DNA from: Eledone cirrhosa
Taxonomy: Eukaryota
Reading direction: 5' to 3'
DNA: 64,000 bases
NCBI GenBank assembly: GCA_964016885.1
Contig: OZ024741.1
Coordinates: 311,364,001 to 311,428,000, forward strand
Part shown: one piece after another, positions 10,637-22,279 of the stretch
How the letters are laid out: the number at the start of each line of letters is the position of its first letter
How positions within the stretch are numbered: the first letter of the stretch is position 1
Translations under genes and position numbers: made by a program
The notes under the pieces: generated by a model
The model's database searches: none
The model's input: the letters and a program-made list of their open reading frames with translations, nothing else
Told to the model about the DNA's origin: nothing

Positions 10637-11008
10637 GAGAGAGTGCCAGAGACACAGAGAGAGAGAGAACATTAAAATGGTGGTTCTAACATGGCTTTAT
10701 ACATATGAGTATGTGTAGTTTGGATATCTTGCAATATGCGATATGTTTAGGTATAATAATAATAAATAATTATAGGGTGTAAATATCACGTTTAATATAG
10801 ACATAACTTCTACAGTACTAGAACTATTTAATTCAAAAGTAATCATCAGGAAAGCTGTTACTGGTGATTTTTTTGGAAGAAACTATTCTAGTCCAGAAGA
10901 AGCGATTTATACATTAAACATCATATTTGCACACAGACACACATATACACTCAGACAAACCTCCCTCCCCGTCACACACACATACGCACACGCTCACACA
11001 ATGATATA

Positions 11009-11039
<31 letters not shown>

Positions 11040-11068
11040 AGTAAATAGATAACAGGTTTATGATATAC

Positions 11069-11130
11069 CTTGTTGACAATTGTCACCAATATAACCTGCA
11101 GCACATCCATCTGGACATCTTCCTTTAATC
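11069..11130 (-). pseudogene. 3' half of an EGF-like exon, 5' half replaced by a LINE fragment
   Basis: IKGRCPDGCAAGYIGDNCQQ followed by the same GTATATCA donor; abuts the R4-like fragment at 11131. Confidence 0.75.
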
Positions 11131-12590
11131 ATGAAAGGGGTTTGGGGATGTGCTGAACAACTCCTAATCAACAAAACTGCGATGTCGGAGGTGCGACAAC
11201 TTAGGAGGTATATGGCTACAGTCTGGCTGGACTACAGGAAAGCTTTCGATTCTGTTCCCGACTCTTGAATGATAGAGGCTCTCCAACTTGCTAAAGTCCC
11301 AGACATTATTGTCAGAGCCATAAAGAGGCTGTCTTCTTCTTGGGCTACTATCCTGAGGTTAAAAACAGAGAGGGAGGGCTTTATTTTCATGATAAAATAA
11401 AATATTGCAGTGGTATATTTCAGGGGAACAGTCTCTCTGTGATATTATTCATCTTGTCATTAAACCCCTTGTCCTTTCTGCTCAAGAACTGTGAGGGATG
11501 AATCATTGGGACACAGGAGGACAGAAATACAAACCTAACCCATAATTTCTTTGTGGATGATCTGAAACTCTATGCCAAGATCATGGATGGGATGAAGAAA
11601 AATCTTGACCTGGTTACAACGTTCTCCAAGGATATAGGAATGGAGTTTGGCCAAGATAAATGCTCATACTTGACTGTAAAGCGGGCAAAACAACAACCTA
11701 ATCTAGGAACATTGTCATCAATGGTCTAATTGTTTCACCGATATCTGATGAGGACTGCTACAGAATACCTGGGGATAGATGAGAACATATCCTATAATGG
11801 TATCTGTAATAAAGAACGCGTAACCAGGGAATACTACACCCGATTCAGAAAGATCTGTCCATCTGAACTCTCTGCGCAAAACAAAACAGTGGCTCACAAT
11901 GTGTTATCTGCGCCTGTCCTAACATCAACGTTTGGAATACTCAACTGGACGATAAACGAAATCCGAGTAGTTGATGTTGGAACTTGAAAAATACTAAACA
12001 ACACCGGAAACTTCCACATCAACAGTGACACAGACCGCTTTTACTTGAAACGTAAGCAGGGAGGCAGGGGCCTAGCATCAGTCCAGACAACATTTGAATT
12101 TCGGATCATATCTCTCCGACAATATCCATGAACATCGAAGCGTAGGAGCCCATTTCTCGAGCAAGTCTAGCTGCATGAAACAGCTAATATCATGAGAGTT
12201 GGGAAGGAACACCTCGAGAGATATCCCTTGTGTGATAATTAAAAATTCACACCCAGGGATGTCACTCAGCAGTATCGCAGTGAATCCATGGATGAAAAAT
12301 TGCATGCTTTTCAGCAAAAAAATCATGCATGGATATGTTGCCAGGGAGCTCCAGAGTGAGAGTAATATAGATAAGGAAAGTAGTCTATCTTGGTCCCAAA
12401 CCGCTATATTGGCTCCCATTTTGAAGGATACTCTTTTGCAATCCAAGAACAGGAGATTAACACGAAATACCTGATTCACAAGAGAGATAGGGATGCAGAC
12501 AAATCACCTAGATGTGATAACAAGTGCAGACTCTGCAAAACTAACATCGAGGATATAACCGATGTCATCAGCAGCTTTCCAAATATGTCA
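11131..12590 (+). mobile_element. R4/Dong-like non-LTR retrotransposon internal fragment
   Basis: DYRKAFDSVP, GIFQGNSLS, FFVDDLKLY, YLGI and CRLC motifs with stops. Close paralogue of 18510-19750. Confidence 0.85.
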
Positions 12591-12624
12591 TGTGTGTGTG
12601 TGTGCGTGTGTTGTTGTCTCGTTT

Positions 12625-12659
<35 letters not shown>

Positions 12660-13040
12660 GTTGCCTTGTTCCTCTGTATTGGCAGTGTAGTATGTTCGTA
12701 TGGTGGAATGCTACTGTGTGTGCGTGCGTGTGTGTGTGCGTGTGTTGTGTGTTATTGCATCGCTTGTTAACTTAAACCAGCCATGTCATTTCGCTTCTCT
12801 CTGATCGGTTGTTTATTTATGCGAAATGAGATGGCTGGTTTAAGTTAACAAGCGATGCAACAACACACAACACACGCACACACACACGCAAACGAGACAA
12901 CTACACACACACACGCACACACACACAGTAGCATTCCACCATACGAACATACTACACTGCAAATACAGAGGAACAAGGCAACAACACACGCACACACACA
13001 CTCAAGCGAGACAACAACACACGCACACACACACACACAG
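12590..13040. repeat. Inverted repeat, about 200-bp arms with a ~26-nt spacer
   Basis: About 12590-12795 is the reverse complement of 12821-13040, including non-microsatellite blocks such as GTATGTTCGTATGGTGGAATGCTACTG and GCATCGCTTGTTAACTTAAACCAGCCAT. Confidence 0.85.
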
Positions 13041-13199
13041 TAACATTTAACAAACAGGCAGAGAATGGACTGACAGCTAGCGCCATCCCACTCCCTCATT
13101 CGGCCGCTGAACTCTGTACGACCGACCCCATTTCACGTGCACGCGCGCTCTGCCGAATACCTCAGATATTCAAAACAACAAACGGCGAAGGACGCGTTC

Positions 13200-13505
13200 C
13201 GGACTTGTCCGATAGACAACCTTTTCCCCCACCCCGGAAAAAAACCCAGTTGATGGATGTGAATCCGAAATATATAGGGACTATTAAATCTCTCCCAAGG
13301 TAACTCTCTCTTGTGTTGTTATTTTTATTTATTCTTTATCCTTTTTATTTTATCCTTTATACTCTTCCCTTCATTCTACACATCTCACACATCTTATACA
13401 CACCACGCATCTCAACGTACACCCACTTACATCTCTTTCTCCACAACCGGACCTTGTTACCCGGAGATTTACCCATTTACATTGTCGAGGCTTCCAAACG
13501 ACTTA
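13200..13505 (+). repeat. Dispersed repeat, probably a PLE terminal repeat; related copies at 53040-53500
   Basis: Shared blocks TTGATGGATGYGAATCCGAAATATA, ATTAAATCTCTCCCAA and GTTACCCGGAGATTTACCCAT. Confidence 0.6.
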
Positions 13506-13739
13506 AAGATATATATATATATATTTATTCATATTTATATTAGTCCCGGTTTCAATTGGATGCAACCACTGTAGGTCTAGAGCAAAATATTATTGTAGGT
13601 TGTAAATATCACTTTTAATATAGACAAGGCTTCAATGGAAATATAACTATTTCATTCAAAATGGATGAAACTATTCTAGTCATGTAGAAGCGATTTATAT
13701 GTTAAACATTATATTTACAAACACACACATATATATACT

Positions 13740-13855
13740 GTTAGACTGGTACATTTCTATCGACATGAAAAGGATGAAAGGCAAAGTTATTTGAACGTAG
13801 AGAGCAGAGAATCGGAAAGAATATATAAACATTCCATCCGCAATTCTAACCACTC
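13740..13855 (-). mobile_element. Truncated tRNA-derived SINE
   Basis: ACTGGTAC...ATCGAC...AAGGATGAAAGGCAAAGT core shared with 20608-20796. Confidence 0.65.
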
Positions 13856-13883
13856 ATGTATATATGTCAATTTGCATATATAA

Positions 13884-13916
<33 letters not shown>

Positions 13917-13982
13917 GTGTATGTATAGACACACACATTTATATGCACACACACACACACACACAGACACACATATATATAT

Positions 13983-14060
<78 letters not shown>

Positions 14061-14394
14061 ATGTATATACTCACATTTATATACATACATACACACATGT
14101 ATATATATGTATGCTTCTGGTTTCATTTCACATTATATACATGTCTGTGTATATTCTAATCATTTAAAAATTATTTCTAAGTCAACAGGATTTAAATAAA
14201 AAAACATTTTGAAAGTAAATGTCACCCAATGAGTCATCGGTGGTCGGGTGTATAATATTAATAAACCATTGAAAGTCTTCAGCTATGAATGGAGGGTGAT
14301 GAGAAGAGCCATCTAACGGATTCCAACAGAGGTAATGGCGAGCAAATCTCAACGATCATCGTTTATGACTCTGGTGGTAATCAAGTGAGTGGTC

Positions 14395-14437
<43 letters not shown>

Positions 14438-14668
14438 TTTAGATCTATTTCATTCAAATCAGGAAAGCCGTTTTCCAGATGATTTCTTTGTATGAAACTA
14501 TTCTATTCCTGTAGAAGCGATTTCTATATTAAACATCATATTTACACACACAAACAGACTCAGACACAGACACACGCAAACATATATATATATATGAGTG
14601 TGAGTGTGTGTGTGTGTGTGTTTGTGTGTGCGTGTGTGTAGTAACTACGTAACAAATTGTTGATATAC

Positions 14669-14800
14669 CTTGGCAATTCTCACCAACATAACCTGCAGAA
14701 CATCCATCTGAACATCTTCCATTTCGCTTGTCACAGTTACTATTGTTGAGACAATGGCATGTCCCATCACAAGTATCGCCAAACTTTCCTACTGGGCATT
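14669..14800 (-). CDS. Intact EGF-like exon (132 nt, phase 1-1) of a multiple-EGF-domain host gene
   Basis: TTTTCAG acceptor and GTATAT donor; ECPVGKFGDTCDGTCHCLNNSNCDKRNGRCSDGCSAGYVGENCQ with 8 Cys in MEGF10/Ced-1-type spacing. Confidence 0.85.
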
Positions 14801-15115
14801 CTGAAAATATCAATATATATGATAATGTTGAAGATATCATTAATTACATACAAATATCAATGATACAATTTTATACCAAATTTTAAGATTAAAGTGGTAT
14901 TGTGATAAACATATGAACTTGTTAACTTATTGAATATTATATCGATCCTCTATAATATATAAATGGATTTTAAATTCAGTTAAATGAAACGTTAAACACA
15001 TTATGCAAGAAAAAAACCATACCATAATAAAAATAATCTTATCCTACAAAATCTTACCATATTCTAACAATTCCTACGATATTTATTTGCGACATTCTTC
15101 CATTTAAATACACAC

Positions 15116-15913
15116 ACGTTTTCGAGTACGGCCACTACTCTATATCCATGTAGGAGAACCCCTACCGATGCGCTGAACGAGTGTGACTTTTTAGTCCAGC
15201 CAGCGACTTGAAAACGCTGGTTCAAACACTACACTTGTGTCAATTATTGACACATAGTGCTGGGCCCATGGTACCATGTGACTACAAGTGCAGAGAGATC
15301 TCCAGATATAAAGCAATGCCTGTGTCGTGAAGCTTTTATAGTGGGAAAAGGAACTGCACAAAGCCAGTCCCACTCTCTTAACCAAGATGATATTTACCTA
15401 AAAGAAGTACAGGTCAACATCACGGGATACCATCAGAGTTGCAGGTGTTATATCAGAGTTTTCCTTCTCCTAGAATTATGTCTTGACAAAGGCTAAGGGG
15501 TCATCTCTCCCGGTGATTTTGGATGGCCATTGACTCTTAAGAGCTCCTTTGCCCTTTTTACATACATACATACATACATAGTGGATGCCAACTCGTTTTC
15601 GAGTACGGCCACTACTTTATATCCATGTAGCAGAACCCCTACCGATGCACTGAACAAGTGTGAGTTTTTAGTCCAGCCAGCGACTTGAAAGCTCTGGTAC
15701 AAACACTACACTTGTGACAATTATTGACACATAGTGCTGGGCCCATGGTACCATGTGATGACAAGTGCAGAGAGATCTCCAGATATAAAGCAAGGCCTGT
15801 GCCGTGAAGCTTTTATAGTGAGCAAAGGCACTGCACAAAGCCAGTTCCACTCTCTTAACCAAGATGATATTTACCAAAAAGAAGAACAAGTCTACATCAT
15901 TGGATACCATCAG
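15116..15913 (+). repeat. Tandem direct duplication of a ~320-bp unit (15116-15436 and 15594-15913)
   Basis: Both units start CGTTTTCGAGTACGGCCACTACT and end GGATACCATCAG. ORFs 15191..15385 and 15668..15910 are near-identical. Confidence 0.85.
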
Positions 15914-15952
15914 GTATGTGTATGTATATATATATATATGTATATGTATATG

Positions 15953-15993
<41 letters not shown>

Positions 15994-16000
15994 GTATATG

Positions 16001-16057
<57 letters not shown>

Positions 16058-16539
16058 ATATATGTGTATATATACATATATATATATATATGTATGTATA
16101 TATGTATGTATATATGTATGTAGTACAACCTGTCACATGGTCAGGTATTTGGCGACTAAACTGGCAACCCCACCAAGGTTTCTTGGTGAGGAGGGTGACT
16201 TTGGACATCCTGCAGGACTAAAAACAAAACCTGTCAATGGCCATCCAAAATTACCGGGAGAGATGACCCCTTAGCCTTTGTCAAGGCAGAATTCTAGAAG
16301 AAGGAAACACATACATACATACATACATACATACATACATACATACATACATACATACATACATACATACATACATACATACATACACACATACATATAC
16401 AGTCAACTCGATCAGTTGAATAAAGGGCAAAAGAGCTCTTAAGAGTCAATGGCCATCCAAAATTACCGGGAGAGATGACCTCTTAGCCTTTGTCAAGGCA
16501 GAATTCTAGGAGAAGGAAACACATACATACATACATACA

Positions 16540-16571
<32 letters not shown>

Positions 16572-16699
16572 CAGTCAATTCGATCAGTCGAATATTTTGG
16601 CGTGGGACAGTATTTATTAAATTTAAGATGAATACTATCTCCGACAGTAATGCCACAACTGCAGTCATGTTGAATAACTGGTTATTCTTCTAACTATAT

Positions 16700-19600
16700 C
16701 TTCTGAAGACACCTTTTATTCGAATTCCTAGAGATATCCGACTAAATACATAATTCATTTTACAAGATGTTGCTACAAACAGCATGGCTGAACACAAGAT
16801 CACCAACAAAATTATGGAAGTACCGAAGACAAATTACAAGGAAGGTAAACAAACTTTATTCAGTTGTAGCTACAGAAGAAACCGAAATTATAAATCGCAT
16901 TTCTCTTGGAGTTGCGAACTTAATAATGATTTATTTAATTGTTATAAAATGGCAAAAAACAATCCCTCCATTGGCTATAAGAACAGAATGAAGCTACACT
17001 GGGACAAAATAGACCCAGAACTAAATTATTTCAAAGCGAAACAATTACGCCAACAAGCGACGTTTGTTGAACGTAAAAATAAGATAAATATTATTAATTG
17101 TAAGTCCCCCCCCCCACCACCACCACCACCACCACACCACCACCACAACAAACGAGCTGTCAACAACACGTGCTACAGATTGCCATGCTACTAGACTTCC
17201 TAGCAGCCAGGTCGAACAGCGCGTTGAAACAACTATGCCTGTAAGAAACTTGACACCACCTGTACCATCTAAGTCTACCTCGAATGCTGGGGAAATCACT
17301 ATCGATAATAATAATAATCGAAGAAATTTGACACCACGTGTACCATCCGAATCTACCTCGACAGTTGTGGAAAATAATATCGAAAATGATAATAATCAAA
17401 AGTATAAACAATTGAAATTTTCCCTGAACGAAATCCTCCACAGAGAAATTAAGTCTTGTATAAATATCTCTCTTGCTGAACGTATTCAACTGACAATGTT
17501 TAATAATAAAAAAGACAAATAATGAAATATTACGTGTTATTGACAAAATAGGGGAAGAATATTTACGACTGATAAAAATCCCATCATTTTGGCAAATCAA
17601 CGCATGTTTATATGCCTTAGCAACGACAGTGAAACAATATCTTGGTGATAACAGATATATTAACAAGAACAGAACACCACCAAAAATACCTTCATATATA
17701 AGTAAAATAGAAAAACAGATTGCTGACCTACGAAAACACACAGGATATATAACAATGCTCCTTACATGCAAACAAACACAAAAAAACACTCACTCCTCAC
17801 CAAAAAAGAGTGAAAAATAAAATAGAGACGATGTTTGGTAACAGTAAAACCAGAACTCTCCAATATAAGCTGATCACCCTCAAACAAGAATTGAGAGTTG
17901 TTAGCGAAAAACGCCGATACCTGAAGAAGGTAGATGAGAGAAAAGTGCTTAATAAAAGATTCAGACGAAACCAAACATCAGTCTATAGAGATATGAAGGG
18001 CAAAATAATAAGTGTCACTGAGGCCCCATCCCAGAAAGACATAGATTCCTTTTGGAGTAAAATATGAGGTGAAAAGAAGAGTTTCAACCAAAATGCAGTG
18101 TGGCTAAGAGAAATCAGAAAGAACTATTGCTCCTACACTACAACAAAAACATACGAAATAAGTGAGGGTACCCTTGAGACTGTGATAGGAAAACTCTAAG
18201 ATAAGAAAACACCAGGAAGAGACATGATTGTCGGCTACTGGTACAAAAAACTGATATTCGATCGGAAGTATCTTACTGACTTCTACCAACAAGTTCTTAA
18301 GGGAGATATACATATACCAGAATGTTTGACATTAGCACAAACATTACTGGTCCCCAAGAACAAAGACTCCCAGTTGGCAAAAGAATACCGACCCATTGCA
18401 TGCCAGAAGCTGATGTATAAGGTATATACAGCCTGCCTGAACCTATTCCTCCAAGATCAGCGTGAAAATAATAACATGATCACAGATGAACAAGCAGCTG
18501 GAAAGAAAAGGGTTTGGGGATGTGCTGAACAACTCCTAATCAACAAAACTGCAATGTCGGAGGTTCGACAACTTAGGAGGAATATGGTTACAGTCTGGCT
18601 GGACTACAGGAAAACTTTAGATTCTGTTCCCTACTCTTGGATGATAGAGGCTCTTCAACTTGCTAAAGTCCCAGACATTATTGTCAGAGCCATAGAGAGG
18701 CTGTCTTCTTCTTGGGCTACTATCCTAAGGTTAAAGACAGAGAGGTTAGGATTCTATTTTCACTGATAAAATAAAATATTGCAGGGGGATATTTCAGGGG
18801 GACAGTCTCTCTGTGATATTATTCATCTTGTCATTAGACCCTCTTGTCCTTTCTGCTCAGGAAATGTGAGGGATAGATCATTGGCCTAACTGTTTCACCG
18901 ATATCTGATGAGGACTGCTACAGATACCTGGGGATAGATGAGAACATATCCTATAATGGTATCTGTAATAAAGAACGCGTAATCAGGGAATACTACACCC
19001 CATTAAGAAATATCTGGTCATCTAACTCTCTCCGCAAAACAAAACAGTGGCTCACAATGTGTTTGCTGTGCCTGTCCTAACACCAACGTTTGGAATACTC
19101 AATTGAACGATAGACAAAATCCGAGCAGTTGATGTTGGAGCTCGAAAAATACTAAACAACACCGGAAACTTCCACATCAACAGTGACACAGACCGCCTTT
19201 ACTTGAAACGTAAGCAGGGAGTCAGAGGCCTAACATCAGTCCAGACAACATTTGAATGTCGCATTATATCTCTCCGACAACATCTACGAACCTCGAAGCG
19301 TAGGGACCCCTTTCTCGAGCAAGTCTATCTGCATGAAACAGATAAAATCATGAGAGTTGGGAAGGAACTCCTCGAGAGATATTCCCTGTGTGATAATCAA
19401 AATCTCACACCCAGGGAAGTCACTCAGCAGTATCGCAGTGAATCCATGGATGAAAAACTGCATACTTATCAGCAAAAAATCATGCATGGATATGTTGCCA
19501 GGGAGCTCCAGAGTGAGAGCAATACAGATAAGGAAAGTAGTCGATCTGGGACCAATAACCGTTATATTGGCTCTGACTTTGAATGATACGCGTTTGCAAT

Positions 19601-20500
19601 CCAAAAACAGGAGATTAACACGAAATACCTGATTCACAAAGGAGATAGGGATGCAGTCAAAACACTTAGATGTGATAACAAGTGCAGACTCTGCAGAACT
19701 AACATCGAGGGTTTCACCCATGTCATCAGCAGCTGTCCAAAGATGTCATCGCGGTACTATCTGCCTATGAGGCACGATGTAGTGGCCAAAAAACTGTACA
19801 ATGCAGTTCGTAAAATAGATAGCCCCGATAATAAACACATTAAAAGCTACAGTAATGTGCAAGATATCCATGTACATAATATGAAAGAGTACTGGTGGAA
19901 TGTTCCAGTAATAACCCCAATAACATGAAGGCATAACAGACCAGATATAATGATATGGGACAGGGAAAAGTAGGCAGGCACAGTAGTGAAAGTTACCTGC
20001 CCAGTAGATGCCTATAGATTAGCAAAAAAGGAGAATATTTATGCAGAACTAATGAGAAATCTGCTAATACTTCACACTGATTATACCTTCAGATATATGC
20101 CTGTGATTATTGGGACACTGGGATAAGTTAGTAACTGCCTCAATACAAATCTTGAAAAGCTGGGCTTCACAGGAACAGAAAGAACACAACTAGTTAGGAA
20201 ATTACAAGTACAATCTATTAAAGGAACAATAAAAATATGTAAAACATTCCAAAAACTTTGAATCTAATAACTGCATACACGCATGTACAGCGACAAAGCC
20301 TATAGACATGCACACACATACAACTCAAAACATCCACATCCACACATACAATAACATCCATACTTACACATGCATGCAGACATGCATACATATTTACCTA
20401 GTTGATGTTGTGTAAATTCCAATGAGAGAGTCCTGTAACTATGTTAGAAACCGCCTCTCTCTCTATTGGCAAACATTTGTGAAATTATAAAACCTGAAGA
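16700..20500 (+). mobile_element. Near full-length decayed R4/Dong-like non-LTR retrotransposon (single ORF: RT, CCHC, restriction-like endonuclease)
   Basis: PGRDMIVGYWYK, YRPIAC, DYRKTLDSVP, GIFQGDSLS, CRLC..H.ISSCP, RHD and RPDIMIWD motifs. Many stops, and an internal deletion near 18883 removes the DD motif. Confidence 0.85.
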
Positions 20501-20607
20501 ATATACATATATATATATAAACTACAATAAATCATGGCTGTGGGACTGCGTACGGTTTATTTCTTTTAATCCTGTTAGTAAAATAAGTTGGATTACTTTG
20601 TATAAAT

Positions 20608-20796
20608 AATTGTTTCTACTTTAGGCACAAGGCCAGCAATTATCCAGTGCATTACTGGTACATTATTTTATCGACCCCGTAAGGATGAAAGGCAAAGTCA
20701 ACCTCCGCGGGATTTGAACTCAGATCGTAAAGGGACGTAACTATGCTGGAAAGCATGGCGTCCAACCCTCTACCGATACTGCCAATCCACCGCCCT
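20608..20796 (-). mobile_element. tRNA-derived SINE, near complete
   Basis: Minus strand has A-box-like TGGCAGTATCGG and B-box GAGTTCAAATCC, then GACTTTGCCTTTCATCC...GGGGTCGATAAAA. Several copies are present in the window. Confidence 0.8.
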
Positions 20797-21299
20797 GTTT
20801 ATAAATAATGAATGAATATTACATAATTTATGTCCTAAAAACATAATTAATTTTTAAATTGATTTCTTTTCAAATGTTCATTCACATTTCTACACTGCCT
20901 GTATAGCGTCACAACTAAACTACTTCAACTACCATATATATAGAAAGAGAGAGCGTGTGATGAGAGAGATGGAGAGATTACGATTGTATATACGCTGACG
21001 CGTATGAGTGTGCACATACATACATCTATATGTATGAGTATATAACTATTGTGAGTATATAATTATAATCGGGCAAACACAAACTTATGAAAAATACACG
21101 CTCACATGCATTCACACAAATACACATACATTCACACATACTTTCACACAAACATACATATATTCACACATATACATTTACACAAACACACACATACAAT
21201 CATGATAGCAACATTCCGTGAAATGGAAATGGGAGGGTAAAACAAGTATAACTATTTATTTATTCATTAAAACTTTACTTATTTATTTACTTTGAAAGA

Positions 21300-21805
21300 G
21301 AGGTATTGTGAGAGAGTTTGGGGAAAATCCAGAAGTTGGTCACGGCGAATTAAATCGTAGTTGAGCCGGTAGTCGAAGTTGGTACTCCAGTGTGGCGTAG
21401 AGGCTGTGTAAGCGTGTATATATATATTTTAAAGTTGAGGTAGTAAACAGAAAACAAAAACAAAAAAAACAACGTGGAAGCGAAGAGGCAGTACAAATGT
21501 TGATATTAGATTCACGCTTGAGAGTAGGGGGTGGGAGACGACATTTCGGGCAGGAGAAAAGTGGACCGGAAGAGAGTTCCGAAGGTGTGTGGGGGAGTGG
21601 GGGAAATACATTTAAAAGGTGTGTGGGGGGGGGGGGGGGTGAAACATCTTTTTTAGAGAGTAAAAAAAATTAAAACTAAAAAGAAACAAGTGGTGAAAGG
21701 GTGTGAGGCGTGTAAGGTGGTGGTGGGTGGAGGAGCGTGGTTGTGGAGAGGGGAGAGGGAGACGGGGCGTCAGAGCGGGGGTTAGTAATATTAGTGGTAG
21801 GGGCG
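21300..21805 (-). repeat. Solo pseudo-LTR/leader of the Poseidon-type PLE
   Basis: Highly similar to 5640-6100, including the same hammerhead-core deletion. Confidence 0.8.
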
Positions 21806-21827
21806 TCAGATGTGGATGTGTGTGTAT

Positions 21828-21995
21828 ATTGTTATACTTGGGGAGGGTCATATTGTTGTAATATTGCCAGATATAATAATACAACACACTCACTGTTTGG
21901 TTCGTTTTCGCTTCTGCATCTTTTATATCTCCATAGTTAATTTATTCAGCTATCAATGTTTATCGTTCACTGACCAACGGTTAAAAATACAGTTA
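21828..21995 (-). repeat. Solo 3' terminus of a Neptune-type PLE
   Basis: Similar to 53780-53960 (TTGTTATACTTGGGGAGGGTCATAT...CACACTCACTGTTTGGTT), which lies downstream of a PLE ORF and hammerhead. Confidence 0.6.
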
Positions 21996-22279
21996 TAAAT
22001 ATATATATACTCATGAATCGTCGGGCTGGCGCTCGGCTAGGTATACCTGCGACCACCACTCCACTGCAAATATACCACACACCCTCGCGTGTCATGTTGT
22101 CCTTCCGACACTCTCTCTCTCTGAATAACTAACACTTTAATTGTATCTCTCTCTGTCTAACGGCCTATCTCTCTCTTTTCCCCTCCTCTGTTTTTATGTC
22201 TGTCTCCGTAGATGTGTGTGTGTGTAGTTTTCCTAATCTTTCTCTAAATATCTCTCTTTCACTCTCTCTCTATGTGTAT

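Noticed and set aside
13247-13282. TTGATGGA-TGTGAA-TCC-GAAA as a hammerhead (also about 53245-53280 minus)
   Set aside because: The core cannot supply both GA(8-9) and stem II, and no stem I is evident.
15059-15110. Possible intact exon with a GTAAG donor upstream of the EGF exon
   Set aside because: The phase-compatible frame contains a stop and no acceptor is visible; at best a remnant.
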